Below are positions 56,918-64,000 of a DNA stretch of 64,000 nucleotides, in pieces. This DNA comes from Eledone cirrhosa (taxonomy: Eukaryota). Below the pieces are notes generated by a model. The model was not told the origin of the DNA and ran no database searches. It was given only the letters and a program-made list of their open reading frames with translations. The stretch is from NCBI GenBank assembly GCA_964016885.1, contig OZ024740.1, forward strand, positions 310,062,001 through 310,126,000, given 5' to 3'. How positions within the stretch are numbered: the first letter of the stretch is position 1; every line of letters starts with the position of its first letter. The position numbers and the translations under genes are program-made.

Positions 56918-57428
56918 TTTTTTCTCAAAGAAGGTACTATGAAGGGATTTTTCCTGAAGGCTGCTCTTACTGCTTGATGTTATTTCCTCCTTGGACATCC
57001 CCTGGTCTATTGTCCCCTCCTTCAGTACAGTTCTGAGCATTGGCGCCTTACTATCAGTCACGTATTTGTGTAGGTTGTTTTTCTCCATCTGAATACAGTC
57101 CTCTATGCTGATAAGACCTCTTCCACCTTCAGATCTCCTTAAGTAGAGTTTATCGACATCACTCCTCTTGTGGAACATGTTGTAGATAGTCAATAGTTTC
57201 CTAGTCTTCCTATCCATTTCTTTTTGTTCAGCAACATTCCATCTCAGAATTCCCGCACTGTACCTAATAATAGACACAGCTCGGGAATTTACTGCACTTA
57301 TGGCATTCCTACTGTTCAGATGTGACTTTAATACGCTCCTTACTCTCCGAATGTATTCAGTTCTTATCAATGCCTTCATTTTTTTGTTCTTGATGTCATC
57401 AGCCTCCAGAACACACAAATACTTGTAT
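56918..57428 (-). mobile_element. Inverted internal fragment of R4 family 2
   Basis: YKYLCVLEADDIKNKKMK..SLHSTFFEK, homologous to 55540-56045; TAA repeats on both sides. Confidence 0.9.
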
Positions 57429-57739
57429 AATAATAATAATAATAATAATGATTTCTTTATTGGCCACAAGGGCTGACATCAAGAAAAACATTACAGACGG
57501 CACAGGACGGTACGATGTGGGTTTTGTGCGTGTAAATATTTTATTATTTATATAAGAAAAGAAACAAAGATATAGAAACATATATATATATAAACAATAA
57601 AAATGAAAATTGAAACAATGAAAAATTCCCCAATAGGGGGAAACCTCCGAGGGTTACTCGTGGCGAAAACCACACAAAAGACCACGGCCACCCTGACCAC
57701 CAGGGCAAGCGCCCTCTCTCAATTTTTTCATCTCTCAAA

Positions 57740-60700
57740 CTACAGGTGTATATTCAGAGCGGTCCCGTTCACTCGGACCATTCTCGCTACATTCACCCAC
57801 CTTTCAACAAACTTGCTAGATGGCAGCACTTGCCTCTCCACCCTGATTTTCCTCTTCAAGTGAAACTTCAAAAAGTTAATTAGGGATTCGCCGAAGAGGA
57901 ACATGTCTGTCTTTAACCCTTTCAACCTTGTCCACCACACAATCTCTTTCGCCATGGCCACCATGCAGATGAAAACCGCCTGCCGTTCCTCCTCGAAGGA
58001 AGACGGCGAGACCATCTGCACTATGGACTCAGTCGATAACCGGATCAGTCCTACACGCGACAGCAACTGTTCGACATAGCTCCACAAGTCAGCAATGCTC
58101 GGGAACTGAACGAGTGCGTGCACGACGGTTTCGTCGCTCTGCGCGCATCTCGGAGAGGCTCGGCTGACGGCACTTCCATGCCTGTAGAAGTTATCTCAAA
58201 CCGGCAGCGCTCCCCGGTAGCACTGCCAGGCCAGGGACTTTTGGAAGTTATCCATAGGTCCTGGGCTGAAAGTTCTCCGGAAGAGGGCAAACAGCTGATC
58301 TTCTTCGACGCCCAGGATCTCTCCGAGAACGTCGTCGCTCTTCCCCTTAACTAGTCCTTTATAGAACGCCGAGGTGGATGAACCACCGAGAGTGGTGCCC
58401 TGCTGGCAGAGGGCAGTGAGCGCCTGGAGACATTCCAGTTTCCAAGCGCTATCCCTCACTCTTTTTCTGACCCATGACTGCAGCTCCGTCAAGGAGACGA
58501 GCTGTGGGAAAACGTGCCTGGCGAACGGCGACCACACATGTTCACCGTCAAGGAAGCACCAGAGATGTCCCAGCCCCAGCGCATGTTTGCGCATCATCAG
58601 CCATGGCATGCCCAGTCATCCACGCAATGGGTGTTGTTAGAAGATGGATCGTCTGACCATGGGAGTGCGTCCCTTCCACAAAAAGCGGAAGAGAAGGCGC
58701 TCAATTTTGGTGAGAGTTGGGCCGGGGCAAGGGACGACGGTGAGGCGGTAACAGATGACGGATGCGATGTACGCATTCGCCACGTCCGCCCGGCCTTTCA
58801 GGGACAGCTTCCTCTCGGCCCATTTCTGGGTGAGGAAGGCCACCTTGCTCGTCACCTTGTTCCAGTTTTTCTCCAAACCAGACCCCGAGCAATTTGACCG
58901 GTCCGTCCGTCCAACGCCCCACGACGCTGTCGGACGGCATGGACTTGCCTCTCCAGGTACCGAGCTGCAAGCCCACCGACTTTTCCTGGTTTATCTTTGC
59001 TCCTGTCACCACTTCGTATTCCTTGAGAACGGTGCCGAGAATCTGGACGTGTCTGGTGCTCGACACCACCACCGTGAAATCGTCGGCGTAAGCCAACTCC
59101 GATTTCCCGCATCCTAGTTCGCGTGGGACGCCGTTCATCGCCCCCAGGTTGTGAAGTAACGGCTCGAGAGTCAATATGTACAAGAGGGATCAGAGGGCAC
59201 AACCCTGGCGGACTTAGCGCATGATGCTGAACGTCTGCGACAGGTGACCACTCACCATCACAACTGAGCAGATGTCGATGTACATCGCAGCGATCCAACC
59301 CCTGAAAACGGGCCCGAAACCGGCTGCCTCGAGGACCGCCGCCAGGTACCGATGGTTGACCCTATCGAATGCTTTGGATTGATCCAAGTTGACCAGGGCC
59401 CCACCCGTGCCAGGTTCCTTAACCACTCTCTCTATGATGTATAGCATGAGGTGGAGGTTGTTGTGTATGGATCTGTTCGGAATGGCGCATGTATACGCCT
59501 CTCCCACCAAACCCTTGACGACAAGCGCCAACCTCGTTGCTAACACCTTGGCCAAAATCTTGAACTCTGCGTTTAGCAGAGTTATGGGCCTGAAATTATC
59601 GATAACATCCCCCTTGTTCGGGTCTTTTCTCAGCAGCGCCACCGTTCCCCGGTTCACAAAACTGGGAATGCTCCCGTTCTGCTGCCAGTTGCAGTAGACG
59701 TATGCCAAGAGGTCACCGAACAAGTCTGGCATAAATGCATAAAGCTCATAGAGCAGACCATCCAAACCTTGCGATTTACCCCTCGTGCAGTTAGCCATCG
59801 CTTCCCTTATTTCACCGGCTGTTATTGGCTTCTCTCAACACTGTGTTGCGGTCGTCAAGAGCCGAGGCAGTCCGTCGAGGTATGTACTGAAGTCCATGCC
59901 CCGATCCGGGCGACCGCTGCTCCAGAACAGTTCAGCAAAGTGCTGTTGAAAAGATTCACACATCTGCTCGGGTTCGAGCAACACGCACTCGTTTTGGTCA
60001 GACAAAGACCGAATTGTGGCTTTGTTGCCACGTCGCGCCTCTGACACCCGGGCCCATTGAAGGGATTTTGTCCCCTCGTGTTTCAGAGCACCCACTCTAG
60101 CTCTGACAACGCACCTTCGTGTTTTGCGTTGAAGAATTGGTCGAGTGCCAATCTCGCCGCAAGCACGTCCGTTGCGATGCCTGTCCTAAACGCCTCTTCT
60201 AGCTTTCTGACTAGCTCTCCCTCTACTCTATTTTCCTCTATCACTACTCCTTTGCTAAACCTAATCGACTCTACTTTAATTGCCCTTTTCAGGGCGAACC
60301 ACCACCTGTTGTTGACGACCGCTCCCGTCAACGCCCGCTTAACTAATACGCTAATCCGGTCTCTGTAGGCTTTGCGCGCCTGGAAAGACGCGTTCAGCTT
60401 CCAGTAACCGGGCCGTTGTCTATGAAATCTGTCTATGTCGATCTCACAGATCACAAATTTGTGGTCTGTGTACTCGACTATTTTAAATTGTGGACAACTT
60501 ACACTAGTCTTATCTAGTTCTCTGCAGAATACCGTATCGAGATACGATCTAGATGACCCGATGCGGTTTGTCCATGTCCACATTAGCACATTCGGGTGAT
60601 CCAGTCGATACCTGTCAGACAATTCAAAACGTCTGAGCAGGTTGGTGAGGCTCTTGCACCCTCCTCCCCCACCCACTAGCCCCACACAATCCCAGCATGT

Positions 60701-61141
60701 ATCCAAGATACCGTTCCAGTCGCCCACTAACACTAAAGAGCGGGACGTTCCAAGAAAGGTCTCTAGACGTCTGAAGAAATCTGGCCGTCTTGCCCCTGTT
60801 GGGGCGTAGACGGCTACTAGCCTGAAAGCATTGCCTTCTCTGTCGATCACGTCCAGCACCACCGACTTACCTTCTGGGTCTAGGAAGATGGCCCGTATGG
60901 CGAGATCCAAGCCTCTCCGAAAAAGGACGGCAACCCCTCCCCCCGATCCTGGACGGCTGGGGTATGTGTATACATCGTAGCCACCGAAGATCGGTGCGAA
61001 GGCTTGTGCTTCGGAGATGCTGGTCTCACTGATGGCCACCACATGTATGTTTAGTGACCTGAGGTCGTTGAGCAGGTGACCCTGCTTCCAAGATGACCCC
61101 AGGCCACGTGCATTTATATTGCCTATTCTGAGTACGGCCAT
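57740..61141 (-). pseudogene. Tx1/L1 ORF2 (APE endonuclease, RT, degenerate CCHC), multiple frameshifts
   Basis: NINARGL, ISET, VYAP, GDWN, SYLD, TDH, YWKLN, NFRPITLLN, DQSKAFDRV, RQGCAL, AYADD, ETVVHAL. Confidence 0.93.
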
Positions 61142-61173
61142 GTTGGATGAGAAACGGAGCAAGTGAGAAAGGG

Positions 61174-63217
61174 TCACTTACTTTGATCATGTGGTGAAGG
61201 GACAGTAGAACCGTCCCTTTGGCTGGTCATGGGTGTTTCCAAGAGGATGTCAGTGTTCATCCTCTTGGTAACCGACCCTCTGAAGTCTCCAACTGCGTTG
61301 GGGAATTTTTGTTTTAAATGTTTGTACTGTTCTATTGAGATTTCAATGATGCTTATGTTTGGTGGGGTGTAGTAGTTTTTTTCTGTGATGTCTCTGTGCT
61401 GCTTTATATATAGTATGAGTTCTTTTTTTGCTATGTTTATGGCTGTGTACATTTTGGGGGGAGGGGTGATTGTGTTGCTGTTTTCTTCTTGTTGCTGTTT
61501 GGTGTGTGTGTTTTGTTTTGTTTGCGTTGTTGTGTTTTTGGTGATGCTGGTGGTGGTGTGGTTGTTGTTGGCGGTGGTGCTTGTGGTGGCTTTGGTGATG
61601 GTGGTGGTGTTGCTGCAAGTTTGCTTGCTGCCTTTACTGCTCTCTGTGTGCCTTCGCTTTTGGAGGGTGAATCTAAGGGTTTTTTTGTTTTTTGTTTTTT
61701 GTAGCAAACCGTTTGCCACTTCACTCCCGCCGCAAACTCCATGTCGGATTCCGTGGCGTCTGAGAGGGGTATGTGCTCCACGGCTGTTAGTGGTGGTAGT
61801 GGAGCCCTCTTCGGCAATTTTTGTTTTTGCTGGTGTAGCTACTTCAAATGTAGCTATTGGTGTTGCCGCCACTGATGCTGCTGCTTTAGTTGCCTGTGGC
61901 CTTGGTACCGGTGCCTCGGACGTTGCCGTCCTACTCACCTTCGAAGGGGCTTCTGCGTTTGTTGCCTGCCCTGCTCTTGGTAGCAGCGGACCAGGTATTG
62001 GAAGGAGAGGGGCCTTCTTCTTCGCTATCTTCTGCGGGCAAAACGCCCTGAGGTGACCCTTCGACCCACAGAGATAACATTTTGGCCGTCTTCCTTCTAC
62101 GCTTATAGGGAGTTGGTGTCGGTCCTCGATGTCTATGATATCGGGGATAGCATCGATACATTCCTAGTCAGTTTGTATAAGCATTTGCATGCCTATACCT
62201 GACCAGTTCTCTCTCCCTATTTTCTCTACTTGCAGCATGGTCGTCCTGTCCTCGATTCCAGCAAGGACAGACGCGGCCAGCCAAGGTATGGGCACGTCGG
62301 GTGGGACCTGGGTCACTTTGACCCTCACAAGTTTCTGCCCGCAGTAGGAGGGCACCAAGACTATCTCCTCACTCTTTAGGGTTTCCAAAGAGTGAGACTT
62401 TGCTTCCTGGGGGTGACGAAAAGTACGTCTACTGTGGCGTACTTTCTGCATCGGGTGATGTGGGTTTTGCGTGCCCAGACGCACCGCAAGGCCTTTGGGA
62501 TTTTAGCCTCCGTGGCTCTCTCCACCCGATGTGAAATTTTGCTTACGGTGCGGTAAGTCACCGTCCGCAGCTGCTGGTCCTTGAAAAAATCGGGTAGAGT
62601 TTTCAGGGAGACTCTATTGGCGCTTCTTGTCACCATGGCCTTTGCGACTGCCATCTCCTCCTCTGTGACTAACACTGTCTCAATATTTCGGGCGACACCT
62701 GCAAAAGAGTGGTCCCTTTTTCAGCAGCACCACTATTGCTGCCGCTACTGGTCTTACTGCTGGTGCTGCGATCGCTGTTACTGGTATCAATGTTGATGTT
62801 TTCGTTGGTACAGTTGTTGGTGTTGTTGTTGTTGTTTTCGTTGATACTGTTGCTGTTGTTACTGTTATTGTGGCTGTTGTTATTATTGTTGTTTTTGTTG
62901 ATACTGTTCCTACTATTATTGTTGTCGTGGCTGTTGTTATTGTCATTGTTATTGTCGTTCTCAACTTTACCGCTATTATTTTTGTTGTTACTGTTGTTAT
63001 TGATGGTGTTGTTGTTGGTGTTGTTGTTGGTTTTATTGTTAGTGTTGTTTGTGTTAGAAATATTTGGTAATTTTAAATCTATAACAATCTTCTTTTCCTT
63101 TGTAATATTTTCGTTTATATTTACCTCCGCTGGAATGCTGTCTTGTTGACATGCTGATAAAGTCTCCCTCTCTCCGTGTAGTCTGACAGCGCTCTCTCTC
63201 TTTCTTGTATTATCCAT
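61174..63217 (-). pseudogene. Tx1 ORF1 (gag-like; Asn-rich N-terminus, partial zinc knuckle)
   Basis: In-register fragments 62669-63217, 62376-62675, 62164-62484 and 61174-61938; GHLRAFCP knuckle remnant at ~62035-62060. Confidence 0.7.
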
Positions 63218-63444
63218 GTTGAAAGTTTTTTCAAAAAATATTTTAACACAAATACGACACCCCGTAAAGAGGTGCCGTATTATTTACAAGTGAACCCCTG
63301 TATTAGGTTGGTCACTTCTAAACTTTTATCAAATTTAAAACTTGAATAAAAGGTTTAGAACGGTTGAAAACGAGGTAAAAGGTTGACAAAAACTGGAGGC
63401 GATAAGAAGCGTGGCTACACCAACAATAATAATAATAATAATAA

Positions 63445-63790
63445 TGCAAGAAAAGGAGAGGGAGAAAATTAACCGATACCAGGACTTAAAGTGGGAGGTA
63501 AAAAGGATTTGGAACTGCGATGAAGTCAGAGTCGTCCCGATTGTCATAGGCGCACTAGGTACTATATCAAAGAGTTTCCAAGGATGGTTAAAGAAAATTA
63601 GTCCGACCCCGCTTTTTGGAACACTTCAAAAGGCATGCTTGCTGGGAACAGCAAGAACCCTTCGATACGTCCTAAATATCTGAGGCTGCAGGTAGCGGGT
63701 TGATATTCATTTCAACAAACTTTCCAGTTAGATAACATCAATGACTGAGACTCAAAGAATAATAAGAATAAGAACAACAACATCAACAAT
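63445..63790 (+). mobile_element. R4 family-2 3' fragment in TAA repeat
   Basis: QEKEREKINRYQDLKWEVK..RYVLNI* plus 3' UTR. Confidence 0.9.
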
Positions 63791-63811
63791 AACAAAAACA
63801 ACAACAACAAA

Positions 63812-64000
63812 TACGGCTACAAAATAGACAACAAATCCATAAATCACATGTTTTATGCAGATTACATGAATCTGTGTGTCAAAGATAACAGCGTATTGGG
63901 AGGACTGTTGAAGACAATTAAGTTGTTAAGAGATGAAGTAGAAATGGATTTTTGATTGAAAAAATGCGTCAAAGCAATATTCAAGGAAGTCAGAATGACA
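63812..64000 (+). mobile_element. Old R4 family-1 RT fragment (runs off the window)
   Basis: GYKIDNKSINHMFYADY..GLLKTIKLLRDEVEMDF*LKKCVKA resembles 13670-13840. Confidence 0.7.

Larger units (their letters stand above)
57430..63420 (-). mobile_element. Full-length Tx1/L1-clade LINE with AATAAA plus (ATT)n tail
   Basis: ORF1 then ORF2 (APE, RT); flanked by TAA repeats on both sides. Confidence 0.9.

Noticed and set aside
61385-63149. Plus-strand hydrophobic ORFs (223 and 146 aa)
   Set aside because: Antisense shadows of the low-complexity Tx1 ORF1

Overview
AT-rich, microsatellite-saturated eukaryotic DNA with no recognisable host-gene exon. The tRNA-derived SINE and (TA)n/(TAA)n load suggest a cephalopod (octopus-like) genome, which is an inference. 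The window is a mosaic of mostly decayed transposons: a near full-length Helitron with both termini, a non-autonomous Helitron, two families of R4/Dong-like RLE LINEs ending in (TAA)n, a full-length Tx1/L1-like LINE, RTE and CR1 fragments, six Penelope-like (RT + GIY-YIG) copies or remnants, SINEs and short TG..CA elements. The most striking unannotated layer is about 20 type I hammerhead-ribozyme (HHR) motifs from about 11 sequence families, folded by eye. They lie in Penelope pseudo-LTRs, in long fold-back palindromes and in ORF-less retrozyme-like units. They include U3:A8 compensatory core variants. Three unrelated ORF-less HHR families each carry a TATGCAAAT octamer about 55-120 nt upstream, recalling snRNA-type promoters. 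All folds and alignments are manual; none was computed.
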